Virus record (IMG/VR): IMGVR_UViG_3300037499_000135
Span: 5,056 to 69,055 of that record
DNA length: 64,000 nucleotides
Strand: one strand, 5' to 3'
DNA from: a virus
Lineage: Duplodnaviria > Caudoviricetes
Part shown: positions 35,250 through 44,653 of the stretch, in pieces
Position numbering within the stretch: the stretch's first letter is position 1
Layout: each line of letters starts with the position of its first letter
The notes under the pieces: model-generated
Told to the model about the DNA's origin: nothing
The model's input: the letters and a program-made list of their open reading frames with translations, nothing else
The model's database searches: none
Position numbers and translations under genes: made by a program

Positions 35250-35776
35250 TCGGCACCCCCAGCAGTGAGCTGGGGCAGCGCCACCGTGGCGAGACGGCCC
35301 TCACGCCAGGCCCGCATGACCTCGCCCCGGCCGTCCTTCTTGAACCGCACGCTGTGCGTCCGCGACCGCGTCCCCGCGATCTCCACACCGGGAACCTCAT
35401 GGATCACCCCGGTCTCCGGGTCCGGCCACTCCGTACCGCCGGCCGCCGTCAACTCCTTCAACAGCCGATCCGTGAACGCCTTCCGCACGCTGATCACGAA
35501 CTTCCGCTCGATCTCACTGCCGAAGTTCGCCAGCACCCACGCCTTGTAGATCTCCTCGTCCACGACGCGCGCCTCGGCACTGCCGGACGACAGGCTCACC
35601 GTCGCGATGTCCGGACCGTCGGGCAGGGACACGGCCACCTGCCGGATCCCGCTCTCCTGGTCCGCAGATTCGAGGGCCTGCCGGGTCTCCGCGCGGGCCG
35701 CCTTGTAGGCGTCGCCCACCACGTCCAGCAGCGTCTTCAGATAGGCCTCGCGGGCCGCAGCCTCTTTCAGGCTCAT
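35246..35776 (-). CDS. Hypothetical protein (recombination module)
   Basis: AAGGAG SD; sits between annealase and exonuclease. Confidence 0.7.
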   Translation of the reverse strand: MSLKEAAAREAYLKTLLDVVGDAYKAARAETRQALESADQESGIRQVAVSLPDGPDIATVSLSSGSAEARVVDEEIYKAWVLANFGSEIERKFVISVRKAFTDRLLKELTAAGGTEWPDPETGVIHEVPGVEIAGTRSRTHSVRFKKDGRGEVMRAWREGRLATVALPQLTAGGAE

Positions 35777-35848
35777 GTGGTCTCCTTACTGGGCGGGGCT
35801 CCCTGCCTGCTTCGGACGGGCAGGGAGCCCCAGTTGTGCGGGCGGTGG

Positions 35849-36742
35849 TCAGGCGGCGACGGAGCCGCGCATCAGATCGGTGGCCTGCCTGAACTCGGCA
35901 GCAGTGCCCTGCTCGATGGCATGGCCGAATGCCGACTCGAACTGGGCGGGCAGCCCGTCGACGAACGCGGCGGTGCGGGCGGCGTCCCACATTGCGTCGA
36001 GGGCGGTCTGCCGCTCGTTCGGTCCGGCGGGGGGCATGGCGCCTGTGCGCTGCTGTTGCGGGGGGTCCGGCACGGCGATGGGCGCGGGTGGCGTCTGCTG
36101 CGCCGGGGCGGCAGCGCTGACCCGGGGCGTCGGCTCCTCGGCGGGTGGCTGCTCTGCCGCCTCCGGGTCGGGCAGGACGGGCGGGTCCTCCGGTACGGAC
36201 GGCGTGGCCTCCGGCTTGTCGTCACCTGTGGCCGCAGGCGGGAGATGTGCGGCCGACCAGATGACCACCGCGTCCGTACGGCCGCCGTTGTAGAGGCCGA
36301 GACCGAACGCGTCGCCGAGGTTCACCGCGGCACGCTTCAACGACTGCGAGTCGGCTTCCTTCACGGCGCCGTCGTGCGCGTCGCCGAGGCCCGGCTGGTT
36401 CTGTGCGTCGCCGGTGGCCACGCCGTCGAACGAGGCGATCGGGTTGCCCGCGATGTCCTTGATGGTCAGACGCTGGTGGACCCGGTAGACGACGGTCCAG
36501 CGGAACTTGTCGTTGCCGTTGCCGTCTTTGCCCGAGGGGATCGGGATCTCGCGGACGCAGTCGATGGAGATCAGCTCGGTGTCGTAGCCGCCGAAGCCGA
36601 ACACGCGGATCAGGAAGCGCCGTACGTCCCACTGCTGGACGTGGGCGAATCCCTTCTGGTTGTGTCCTACGCGGGACTCGTGCAGGCCGGCGAAGAGGAC
36701 TTTGAGTTGTTGCTCGGTGAGCCTGCTGGTGAGGTCGGTCAT
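35849..36742 (-). CDS. Rad52/22-family (Sak-like) ssDNA annealing protein
   Basis: AHVQQWDVRRFLIRVFGFGGY...AVKEADSQSLKRAAVNLGDAFGLGLY; ATG 36742 with GGGAG SD. Confidence 0.8.
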   Translation of the reverse strand: MTDLTSRLTEQQLKVLFAGLHESRVGHNQKGFAHVQQWDVRRFLIRVFGFGGYDTELISIDCVREIPIPSGKDGNGNDKFRWTVVYRVHQRLTIKDIAGNPIASFDGVATGDAQNQPGLGDAHDGAVKEADSQSLKRAAVNLGDAFGLGLYNGGRTDAVVIWSAAHLPPAATGDDKPEATPSVPEDPPVLPDPEAAEQPPAEEPTPRVSAAAPAQQTPPAPIAVPDPPQQQRTGAMPPAGPNERQTALDAMWDAARTAAFVDGLPAQFESAFGHAIEQGTAAEFRQATDLMRGSVAA

Positions 36743-37035
36743 GAGGTTCTCCCCTGGGCGGTGCGGGTGTTGAGGGTGTAGAAGCGGGAGTCCGGCCGTT
36801 CGTGGAGCGTCATCAGCCCTTGACGGGCGCGGTGGGATAGGCAGTCGCGGGCGTGGGACCGGTACAGGCCGCGGCTGTAGCGGGCGAGGTAGAGGCGCTG
36901 GACGCGTTTGGTGTCCCACTCGCCGCCCCACGTGCGGATGGCGGTGTCGAGGACGGTGTTCCAGTCGGCCGGCCAGGCGGGGGCCGGGGCGGCCGGGGCC
37001 GTGGTGGCCCCAGCCGTCGCGGTCGTGTTCGTCAT
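36739..37035 (-). CDS. Hypothetical protein (possible winged helix)
   Basis: Coupled start and stop. Confidence 0.6.
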   Translation of the reverse strand: MTNTTATAGATTAPAAPAPAWPADWNTVLDTAIRTWGGEWDTKRVQRLYLARYSRGLYRSHARDCLSHRARQGLMTLHERPDSRFYTLNTRTAQGRTS

Positions 37036-37718
37036 CCGGCGTCGCCCCGCTCTTCGGCCTCAACGGCGGCGGTGTTGTGGGCGTCGTCCTCGGCGTCGAG
37101 GCGGAACCCGTCGGCCTGGTCCATGTCGTGCAGCTCGGACGCGGTGAAGAAGTCGGCGTTGTCGTAGTCGTCGTGCTGCTCGGCCTGGTCGGGCATGTGC
37201 GTGTCCCCCGTGGTGGTGTCGGTGGTGTCGGTCCAGCCGTCGAGGTCGTCTGAGTGGAATGGGGCCTCCGGCCAGCCGAAGGCGTTCCGCCAGCCGAAGG
37301 CGATCTGGTAGCCGTCGCTGGGTGCGGTGGTGACGTGCTCGACGACGAATTTGATGCGGTGGCCGTGGTGTTCGCGGGTGTAGGTGTGGCCCGGCTGGAA
37401 GAAGTCGGGGGTGGCCGTCGGCGCCTGGGCGCTGGCCTTCTCCCCGGCGTCCGCGTTGAGCAGCTCCACCAGGTACTCCGCCCACACCGTCGAGTACGTC
37501 TCGATCTGCGGCCACGGGCAGCAGTCGTACACGCCGTCCTCGTCGCGAACCGGGCCGCCCGGGTAGTCGTCGATCATGTGAAGGGCGTCGCTGCCCTTAC
37601 CGGTGCAGACGGGGGCGAGGCCGGTGGGGGACTCGCTGTCGGTGATGATGAGCCGCCATGCAGGGGCGGGCTGGTCGGCGCGTGCTGCGGCGCGGGCCTT
37701 CGCGAGGTTCTCGCTCAT
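37032..37718 (-). CDS. Hypothetical protein
   Basis: Coupled; PDFFQPGHTY segment common in actinophage hypotheticals. Confidence 0.6.
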   Translation of the reverse strand: MSENLAKARAAARADQPAPAWRLIITDSESPTGLAPVCTGKGSDALHMIDDYPGGPVRDEDGVYDCCPWPQIETYSTVWAEYLVELLNADAGEKASAQAPTATPDFFQPGHTYTREHHGHRIKFVVEHVTTAPSDGYQIAFGWRNAFGWPEAPFHSDDLDGWTDTTDTTTGDTHMPDQAEQHDDYDNADFFTASELHDMDQADGFRLDAEDDAHNTAAVEAEERGDAG

Positions 37719-38101
37719 GCGGCACCTGCCTCACGCTGCGCCGGGATCGACGCGGCCGGAGCCGCCGGGGCCACCGCGCGCAGCCGGTCCGCGAACGCCG
37801 CCACCGCCGGGCCATACAACGGCAGCTCATAGCCGAGCGCCGAGCACAGCTTCTCGACGAGCAGCGCCTCGGGCTCCCACCCGTCGTGCCGGTGAGTGTG
37901 GGCGTTCCTGCGGTCTTCCTCGATCTCCGTCAGGAGATCCATCAGGTCGGGGTTGTCTGCGATCGTCTCGATCATCGCGACGAGGTAGTCCGACAGGTCG
38001 AGGGTTGCGCCGGTGGGGATGCGGCGGACGTACACGCGGTACGGGCCGGTGAGTGCGGGGCGGCGGAACAGGCGGTGCAGGTACAGGCGGATGCGGTTCA
38101 T
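37715..38101 (-). CDS. Hypothetical protein
   Basis: AAGGGGAG SD; coupled. Confidence 0.65.
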   Translation of the reverse strand: MNRIRLYLHRLFRRPALTGPYRVYVRRIPTGATLDLSDYLVAMIETIADNPDLMDLLTEIEEDRRNAHTHRHDGWEPEALLVEKLCSALGYELPLYGPAVAAFADRLRAVAPAAPAASIPAQREAGAA

Positions 38102-38571
38102 CGGGTGTCTCCCTTTTGGCGCGCTTCATAGCGGCGCGTGCGCTCACGCACGCAGGCCCGGCAGGCGCGGCGACCCCGCGACTTCGCAGGCTTGAGGTAG
38201 GTGTTCTCCGGCGTAAAGGCGTGGCCGTTGACGCACGCGGGCTTCTGGGCGGGAGCGCTTCGCCGAGCGTTCTCGGCCCGCGTCACAGGCTCCAGATGGG
38301 CCGGGTTCACGCAACGGCGATGCGGGCAAGTGGTGCCGCCCGGGCACGACTTGTCGGCGGTGTGACAGACGTGATCGAGTTCAAGCCCGTCGGGGATCGG
38401 CCCGATCCACGCCTCGTAGGCAAGGCGATAGGCCATCTTGGTCCCTTTGCGGGAACCGAGCGTCCCGTAACCAGCGCGGTCAATACGCCCGGCCCAGAAC
38501 CAGCACCCTTCGGTGCGCTGGATTTTGGGTTCAATGCGCTCGGCCAGTTGCGGCCTTACCGGTGCGTTCAT
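38098..38571 (-). CDS. HNH endonuclease (HNH_3 type)
   Basis: CWFWAG...GYG...AYRLAY...LDHVC...CVNPAHL...EN; C-terminal CVNGH...CRAC. Confidence 0.88.
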   Translation of the reverse strand: MNAPVRPQLAERIEPKIQRTEGCWFWAGRIDRAGYGTLGSRKGTKMAYRLAYEAWIGPIPDGLELDHVCHTADKSCPGGTTCPHRRCVNPAHLEPVTRAENARRSAPAQKPACVNGHAFTPENTYLKPAKSRGRRACRACVRERTRRYEARQKGDTR

Positions 38572-38909
38572 CGAGCACTCTCCGGCGCGATCGACAGGAG
38601 CATGAGGAGCGCGACGGCGGTGATCGCGGCATCGCGCGGGGCGTGCTTCGCCCGGTCAGCGGCGGCGTGACCGGCACGCAGGCCGGTGGCGTACGCCCGG
38701 TTCGCGGTGTGGCCCGCGTGGATGGCGGCCTGCCACACCGGAACCAGCCGGCCGGACTCGATCGCACGCCGCACCAGCGGACGCGGATCAAAGTCGGCGA
38801 AGTCCGCATCGACGAGGAGGAAGTACGGGACCGAGAACGCGGCATGCACTCCGACCCCGAGCGACAGAAACGCCGCCCACTCGGCGAGGTCGTGGGTCTG
38901 GTAGCTCAC
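38568..38909 (-). CDS. Membrane hypothetical protein
   Basis: Two hydrophobic segments; coupled. Confidence 0.6.
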   Translation of the reverse strand: MSYQTHDLAEWAAFLSLGVGVHAAFSVPYFLLVDADFADFDPRPLVRRAIESGRLVPVWQAAIHAGHTANRAYATGLRAGHAAADRAKHAPRDAAITAVALLMLLSIAPESAR

Positions 38910-39664
38910 GGCCTACCGCCCGTCTCGGGCAGATCCCGGGGGATGCGGTACGAGTGCGCCAGCGGCCCATCGTGCGGGTCCTCACGCAACGCCTGCGTAG
39001 GCGCCAACAGCCGAGTCAGCTTGTCCACCGACTTCGCCACAGACACGGCATCCTCAGGCGGCCACGCCACCGGCAGCCCCAACAACTCGGCAAGCTGCCG
39101 CCGAGCCGCCGCATGCCCCTGCCACCGGTCGTAGTCGTGCCCGTTGTCCGGGTGGCAGTTACGGATCGCGGTGATGTACTCGGCGCGCTTCGCCACGAAC
39201 TCGGCGACGGCGGTCTCACGCTGCTCCAGCTCGGCAACCCGAGCCCGCAGCGCGTCCCGCTCCTGCTCGGCCTCGATCGCGGCGGTCCGCCACCGTTGAC
39301 GACTGCCTTCAGCGAACGCCGCATCGGCCCGCAACTCCCGACGCCCACGCTGAGCCGACGCCAACGCCAACCGCAGACGGACGTTGTCCTGCTCCTCCTC
39401 CCACCGAGCCAGACACGCCCCCATGACGTCGTCACGAGCCTGATCCAACTCCGACCTCGGCACCGGCCCGCCCGGCACCGGCAACGCACCCTCACGCGCC
39501 ACGAACCGCGCCAGCCGACGCGCCTTCATCCGCGCCAGAATCTGCTCCTGCGACGGCCGCTCCCACGCATGCCAACCAGCCGCGTCCGCGTACTGCCTGC
39601 CGTGACCACGCTCCGCGATACCGCACCACGTACACGCCGACGGCTCCACAACCGGGGCGCTCAC
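38906..39664 (-). CDS. Coiled-coil hypothetical protein
   Basis: CTWC N-terminus, long helical body. Confidence 0.6.
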   Translation of the reverse strand: MSAPVVEPSACTWCGIAERGHGRQYADAAGWHAWERPSQEQILARMKARRLARFVAREGALPVPGGPVPRSELDQARDDVMGACLARWEEEQDNVRLRLALASAQRGRRELRADAAFAEGSRQRWRTAAIEAEQERDALRARVAELEQRETAVAEFVAKRAEYITAIRNCHPDNGHDYDRWQGHAAARRQLAELLGLPVAWPPEDAVSVAKSVDKLTRLLAPTQALREDPHDGPLAHSYRIPRDLPETGGRP

Positions 39665-39960
39665 CGCGACACCGCCGACGCGTCCGCGTCCATCGCGGCC
39701 AGCAGCCCCCGCAACCGGACCTCCAACGTCACAGCCGCCCGGATCATCGCCTCGTGGTCATGGACGTTCGCGCCCTGCTGCACGGCCAAGTCCTCCCGCG
39801 CCAGACGCACCGCAAGGTCCAGCGGCAACGCATACGCGTCGGACCGATGCGGCTGATACAGCGCGTCCACCGGCGGAACAACCGTCGGCCGCGCCTGCGG
39901 CGACTCATGCAGCGGCATGACCCCGCTGCCGGTCTGGAATGATGTACTCAAGTGATCCAC
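39661..39960 (-). CDS. Hypothetical protein (start uncertain, TTG 39951 plausible)
   Basis: AAGGA SD; helical C-terminus. Confidence 0.55.
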   Translation of the reverse strand: MDHLSTSFQTGSGVMPLHESPQARPTVVPPVDALYQPHRSDAYALPLDLAVRLAREDLAVQQGANVHDHEAMIRAAVTLEVRLRGLLAAMDADASAVSR

Positions 39961-40042
39961 TTCCTTCGTAGTGCTGGTGGATTGCCGAGTCGGGGGGCTG
40001 CTCGGGCCGGGAAGTCAGAGCGGCCCTTCGGCGCGTAATGGG

Positions 40043-40231
40043 TCAGGCGGCGTCGGCCGCGGCAGCCGTCTCGGACGCCTTGCGTGCCTGCAAGCGGGCC
40101 GCAGCCGGCGCGAGGATCAAACGGAGTCGGCTGATCAGCTCGGGCCCCGGCTCGGGGGTGGCTTCGACGAGGTTGTGGATGTGCTCGATGACGGCGTCGC
40201 CGAGGAGCGCTCGGCGTTGTTCGCGGGTCAC
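40043..40231 (-). CDS. Small hypothetical protein
   Basis: GTGA coupling to Cro-like gene. Confidence 0.65.
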   Translation of the reverse strand: MTREQRRALLGDAVIEHIHNLVEATPEPGPELISRLRLILAPAAARLQARKASETAAAADAA

Positions 40232-40452
40232 GCGGCGGCCTCGATCGGGATGCGCTTGATGACGGTGCGCAGGTCAACGTCATATGCCTCGGCGAGACGC
40301 ATGGCCGAGTTCAGGTCGGGCTGGGTCTCGCCGTTGAGGATCCGATAGACGGACGATTCGGTGATCCCGGTCCGTCGGTAGATGTCGGCTCGGGTCTTGT
40401 CGCCGTGGCGTTCGGCGACTTCGAGGATCTTGGCGGTGTCCAGGCGGAACAC
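40228..40452 (-). CDS. Cro-like XRE HTH protein
   Basis: RADIYRRTGITESSVYRILNGETQP; AAGGAGG SD 8 nt before GTG 40452. Confidence 0.85.
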   Translation of the reverse strand: MFRLDTAKILEVAERHGDKTRADIYRRTGITESSVYRILNGETQPDLNSAMRLAEAYDVDLRTVIKRIPIEAAA

Positions 40453-40509
40453 GTAGTCACCTCCTTCGGGGGGTGGTTGGCAGGGGTTGCCGCTGGCAGG
40501 GGGTGTTTC

Positions 40510-40693
40510 CTTGCTCACGAGGGAGACTCTTCCATAGTTCTCCCTCCCTCGCAAGGGAGGTTGCGGAGTAATGGAGGACGGCTTTATGTGAACTTTCACC
40601 TAGATGCCGGAGTGACCTGCGTCAATGCAGGTGGCTGGCGTGATCGCGACTCTTGCGATTCAGGGATTTTCTGGATACTCCCTAACTAGGGAG
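40510..40693. promoter_or_regulatory. Lysis/lysogeny switch with four 16-bp operator-like sites
   Basis: CTCCCT-N4-AGGGAG at 40544-40559 and 40678-40693 (perfect); CTTGCT-N4-AGGGAG 40510-40525; CTTGCG-N4-AGGGAT 40652-40667. Confidence 0.7.
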
Positions 40694-40708
40694 GTAAAGT
40701 TTCGGGAC

Positions 40709-41158
40709 ATGACCGACGCCACGCCCCCCACGCACGCGCAGCGCTTCGCCACAGTCGTCGCCCCAGCAGCCAAGCGCGCCGGCTACACCGGCCACGGGTC
40801 CCAAGCGCGACTCGCCCGGGACACCGGCATGTCCGAAAGCAGCATCTCCCGCATGCTCAACGGCCAGGCCATCCCTGAGCTGCGCTTTCTCGGCCCCCTC
40901 GCAGAGGCGCTCGACATGAGCCCCCTCGACCTGCTCATCGAAACTCGGCTGATTTCACCCGAATCGCTTCAGACACTGTCCGAAGCTGATTCGTCACAGG
41001 TAGGCTCCGAATTCATCTCCGTAGAGGACGCAGCAGAGCGGCTCGGCATCACCGACGACGTGAATAAAATGATGTTCCGCGCTGTCGTTGAGAAACTCGC
41101 CCGTCCACAAGAAGACGCCGACGACGACACCCGCGGAGGAACAGCAGCACGCATGTAA
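40709..41158 (+). CDS. CI-like immunity repressor (XRE HTH)
   Basis: SQARLARDTGMSESSISRMLNGQAIP; divergent from cro; TAAAGT -10-like at 40695-40700 suggests a leaderless mRNA. Confidence 0.85.
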   Translation: MTDATPPTHAQRFATVVAPAAKRAGYTGHGSQARLARDTGMSESSISRMLNGQAIPELRFLGPLAEALDMSPLDLLIETRLISPESLQTLSEADSSQVGSEFISVEDAAERLGITDDVNKMMFRAVVEKLARPQEDADDDTRGGTAARM

Positions 41159-41166
41159 CCCCGGGG

Positions 41167-41706
41167 GTGTACATGGATTTCACGACCAGCATTCGGACCA
41201 CCGTCACCGCGGCAGCGGTGGTCCTGGTCACAGGCATCGCAGCAATTCTCTACGGCGTCATGCGAGGCGACCCCGCACACTCCATCGCTGGAGTCGGTCT
41301 CACCACCACCGCACTCACAGTGACCGCCCTCACTGCGATCAGACGATGGGTCACCAACACCACCGACGAACGCCGCCAACTGGCCGCTGCCACCCAAGCA
41401 GCGCGGGACGAACGCGATAGGTATTTCGCCGCCAAGGCCGTACTGGAGAACGATCAGCAGCGGCTCATGCGCGCCGCAGCTGCCGACCGCGCCCACGCAG
41501 CGGCCACCCTGATCGTCGAACGCGAGAAGATGGCGTCAGAGTTCGAGGAGAAACGTGCCGCCTTGGTCTGCGAAACGCTGACCGCCTACGCCGACCTGAT
41601 GCGCAGCCACAAACGGAAGCCGCCTGAGCGCAGCTCCGTCATTCCGTTCCCGACTCAGCAGCCGGAACGGGAACGCTCCCGCGGCCATAACGTGGTTGGT
41701 CCCTGA
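41167..41706 (+). CDS. 2-TM + coiled-coil protein in immunity region
   Basis: Two N-terminal hydrophobic helices; its 3' end overlaps the integrase 3' end convergently. Confidence 0.7.
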   Translation: MYMDFTTSIRTTVTAAAVVLVTGIAAILYGVMRGDPAHSIAGVGLTTTALTVTALTAIRRWVTNTTDERRQLAAATQAARDERDRYFAAKAVLENDQQRLMRAAAADRAHAAATLIVEREKMASEFEEKRAALVCETLTAYADLMRSHKRKPPERSSVIPFPTQQPERERSRGHNVVGP

Positions 41707-43180
41707 ACCCCGGCTGCCCGAAGAACCGCAGCGTGATACGGCCCGGCTCAATCGTGCGCACACCCCGGCTACGGGCCTTGTTCAAACGGATGTTGACCAC
41801 CGCGCGCAACACCGTCCGCTGCTGCTCGATCGTCAACTCGCCGTCCCAGACCTCCTGAACATCCGGCCGGCCGACCAGCCGGCGCACCAGCGGCGGCGCA
41901 TCCATCGACTGTGCCTCCGCCTTGGCGGCCTCGATCTGCGGCACGAGCCGGTCCTCCTGCACGGCCAGCGACGCCAGCGACAGCCGCGGCGTCACCCCGT
42001 CTTCTTTGAACGTCGCCGACATCTCCCGCGCCTCGTCCAGCTGCCGCTGAAGCGCCTTCTGCCGAGCCCGCGCCCGCTCGGCCCGCTTCTCCTGCTCGTC
42101 CGACTGGAACGCGGCCACCGCAGCCCGTGAGCCAAGCCACGACACGACGGCCTCCTCGACGTAGGCATCGAGCTTGTCCTTATTCATCTGCGCGTCGAAC
42201 CGGGCCGAGCACCCGTACACCAGATAGCCGCGCGACTTCCCCACCCGAAGATGCGGATGATCCTCACACTCCCCGCAGCGGGCGATCCCCGACAGCAGAT
42301 GCTTCACCGCGTAGTCCCGCACCGTGCTCCGGGACTCAGCCCCGATGATCTCCTGCACCTGGTCGAAGAGTTCTTCCGGCACGATCGCCGGCCACGTTGC
42401 CTCGCCGAAGTCGTCCCCGCGGTGAAGGCGACGCCCCTTGTAGCCGATGTTCCGCAGCATGTTCGGCAGGTGGTAGTAGCCCCACTCCTGCCCTGGGGTG
42501 CGCTCGCCGCGGGCTTTGAGGTCCTGGAGGATCGAGTACTCGGTCTCGCCGGCAGCGACCCGTTCGAACACCTCCAGCACGATCGGAGCCTGCTCGGGGT
42601 GGGGGTACTGCTCGATGAGGTCGCCAGTGCCGGGGTCGTAGTGGCGGCCGTACCCGTACAGCAGCCGACCGTGGGGGAGGCCCTGTTTCGCTTGTGCGCG
42701 GGTGGAGCGCAAGACGCGGTCGCGGATGCCTTCGGCTTCGTCTTCGGCTGCTACGGCGTCCTGCGCGGTGGCTTTGCGGTCCTCGCGCTTGGAGAGGTCG
42801 AAGACCTGGCCGTTGTAGCAGAGCAGTACATCGTTGGCCATGCAGGCGTTGCGGAGGCGAATGTATGCCTCGATGTCGCGGTAGTAGCGGGAGGCTTCGA
42901 AGGCGACGACGATGCGGCCCTTCTTGTTCTCGATGGCGGCGATGAGGGCTTCGAAGTCGTCGCGGGCTCGGCGCGCGTGGCGGGATGCGGAGCGGTCGAT
43001 GTCGCGGAAGGTTTCGGTGACGGGCCAGCCGTGGGTGTCGCAGAGTTCGTGCCCGGAGTCGAGTTGGTCGCCGACGCTGCGGCCCTTTTTGCGGGGGTCG
43101 CGCGAGGCGCGGCCGTAGAGCAGGGCGTGGAAGACCGTGTCTGGGTAGACCAGGTGGAGGTATTCGGGCGCGATCGGCAT
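41639..43180 (-). CDS. int: Large serine recombinase (integrase)
   Basis: LLYGRAS catalytic motif, DIDRSAS, SRYYR, recombinase domain (YGY), CGEC...C zinc ribbon, coiled coil. Confidence 0.93.
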   Translation of the reverse strand: MPIAPEYLHLVYPDTVFHALLYGRASRDPRKKGRSVGDQLDSGHELCDTHGWPVTETFRDIDRSASRHARRARDDFEALIAAIENKKGRIVVAFEASRYYRDIEAYIRLRNACMANDVLLCYNGQVFDLSKREDRKATAQDAVAAEDEAEGIRDRVLRSTRAQAKQGLPHGRLLYGYGRHYDPGTGDLIEQYPHPEQAPIVLEVFERVAAGETEYSILQDLKARGERTPGQEWGYYHLPNMLRNIGYKGRRLHRGDDFGEATWPAIVPEELFDQVQEIIGAESRSTVRDYAVKHLLSGIARCGECEDHPHLRVGKSRGYLVYGCSARFDAQMNKDKLDAYVEEAVVSWLGSRAAVAAFQSDEQEKRAERARARQKALQRQLDEAREMSATFKEDGVTPRLSLASLAVQEDRLVPQIEAAKAEAQSMDAPPLVRRLVGRPDVQEVWDGELTIEQQRTVLRAVVNIRLNKARSRGVRTIEPGRITLRFFGQPGFRDQPRYGRGSVPVPAAESGTE

Positions 43181-43291
43181 GCGCTGAGGATAGCGAGCGA
43201 CTCACATCTCTGACAGATATTCTCAGGTGAGAATGTGTGCCGGACGGGTGGGTTACTGGTAGAGATCACCGCTGGTTGGTGTGGTGGTGGG

Positions 43292-43516
43292 TCACTCGGG
43301 TGGTCGCGGGCTGGGTTGGGTGATCTCGTCTACGAGTTGGATCACGTCGTTCAGGCGTCCGCGGAGGCGCTCGACGGTGAGAATGAGCTTGGCCGGCGGG
43401 AGTTGACCGAGGTCTGCTGCTTGGGCGGTCGCCAGGTCGCGGGCGGCGAAGTCGATGCGCGCAGTTTGTTCGTTGGTGAGGTGGCGGCCCTGTGTGGGGT
43501 CGGGCTGCTCGGTCAT
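43292..43516 (-). CDS. Small hypothetical protein
   Basis: Helical 74 aa; ARIDFAARDL...LILTVERLRGRL. Confidence 0.6.
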   Translation of the reverse strand: MTEQPDPTQGRHLTNEQTARIDFAARDLATAQAADLGQLPPAKLILTVERLRGRLNDVIQLVDEITQPSPRPPE

Positions 43517-43696
43517 GGGGGTTGTCCGCCTGAGGCTCGGGGTGTCGAAGCGCGGTCGCGCTTCCCGGTGCGTGGGGGTGAAGGCAATCGTGGGGTAAAC
43601 CGTTGCAGTGGGCAATGATCAATGCTTGACGTCACTCGGACGAGCGTTTTATCCGCGCGGGGGGTTGCTGACTCGCGTCAACACGTACTCATGAAA

Positions 43697-43712
43697 GTAC
43701 CAAGCATGGTAC
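43697..43712. promoter_or_regulatory. Palindrome GTACCA-N4-TGGTAC (operator candidate)
   Basis: Perfect arms, 35 bp upstream of a divergent XRE gene. Confidence 0.5.
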
Positions 43713-43746
43713 AGACATTGATCACGTGCCCCACCAGCGTTAACGG

Positions 43747-43980
43747 GTGCCAACCGATCCCCTGCCCGACTGGGTACAGCAACGCCGTCGAGCCATTGGG
43801 GACACCATCCGAACCGAACGAAAACGCCAGAAGCTGACACAGGAACGACTCGGCGAAGCCGCCGGCCTCGATCGGAAGACCATCAACCGGATCGAGCAGG
43901 GGGCCCACGCGACGCTCATCGATCATCTGCTGCTCATCGCCGACGTCCTCGATGTCCCGCTCGCTGATCTGGTGGGGTGA
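43747..43980 (+). CDS. XRE-family HTH regulator
   Basis: LTQERLGEAAGLDRKTINRIEQG. Confidence 0.88.
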   Translation: MPTDPLPDWVQQRRRAIGDTIRTERKRQKLTQERLGEAAGLDRKTINRIEQGAHATLIDHLLLIADVLDVPLADLVG

Positions 43981-43981
43981 C

Positions 43982-44016
43982 GGCGGCCGTCCGTACGGGG
44001 GTGTAGGGCGGCCGCC
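43982..44016. terminator. Hairpin after XRE gene
   Basis: GGCGGCCG / CGGCCGCC. Confidence 0.5.
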
Positions 44017-44061
44017 TCTACCCCGGGCCCGGCATCATCGGCACAAGCCAGACCCGGGGGC

Positions 44062-44271
44062 CTACGAAGGCTCCGCGCGCCACTTCCTGTACAACTCGGT
44101 GGCCTTCACGCACCGAGTCTCGCCGTGCCCGCAATCGCCGCACTCCACCGCGTGCTCCAAATAGGCCCGGTACGCCTTCTGCTTGGTCGTGAACGCGGCG
44201 TTGCTGGCAATCCGCTGCACATGCCCGGAGCCGCTGCCCGCATCACGCTGCTGCCACCCGGTGCCGCTCAT
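44062..44271 (-). CDS. Small Cys-containing protein
   Basis: YLEHAVECGDC...C; ATGA coupling. Confidence 0.6.
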   Translation of the reverse strand: MSGTGWQQRDAGSGSGHVQRIASNAAFTTKQKAYRAYLEHAVECGDCGHGETRCVKATELYRKWRAEPS

Positions 44272-44471
44272 GACCGGCCGCCAGAGTGCTCGGGGTGGTT
44301 ACGCATCTCGATCTCGTAGGTCGTGGCGAGCCTGGTGTCCCCCGCCCGTTCGGCCCTCGCGCGCTGCTCGTCGAGGGCCACGCACACATCACAGCCGCGC
44401 GCCGGCCGCGGCGGCCGCGTCGGATCCGGCAACGAGACGGGCGGCTCCGGCGTGGTCTGCTGGACGGTCAT
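44268..44471 (-). CDS. Small CxxC protein typical of Streptomyces XRE loci
   Basis: PRPARGCDVC...EMRNHP. Confidence 0.65.
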   Translation of the reverse strand: MTVQQTTPEPPVSLPDPTRPPRPARGCDVCVALDEQRARAERAGDTRLATTYEIEMRNHPEHSGGRS

Positions 44472-44653
44472 CACGGCTCCACAGGCTTGGGTCTGCCGCG
44501 GCGCCGACCGGTCCTCTGGCGGGGGATGGGTCGGCGCCGCCTCACGACAGATCACGCTAGGTGTCTGGGTGAGCACAGCCCAGTGACAGAAGCCACCAGT
44601 CGCAGCACCAATTCTGCCCCAACAAGCCCTGCACTAGGACGTGTTGTCCTACC

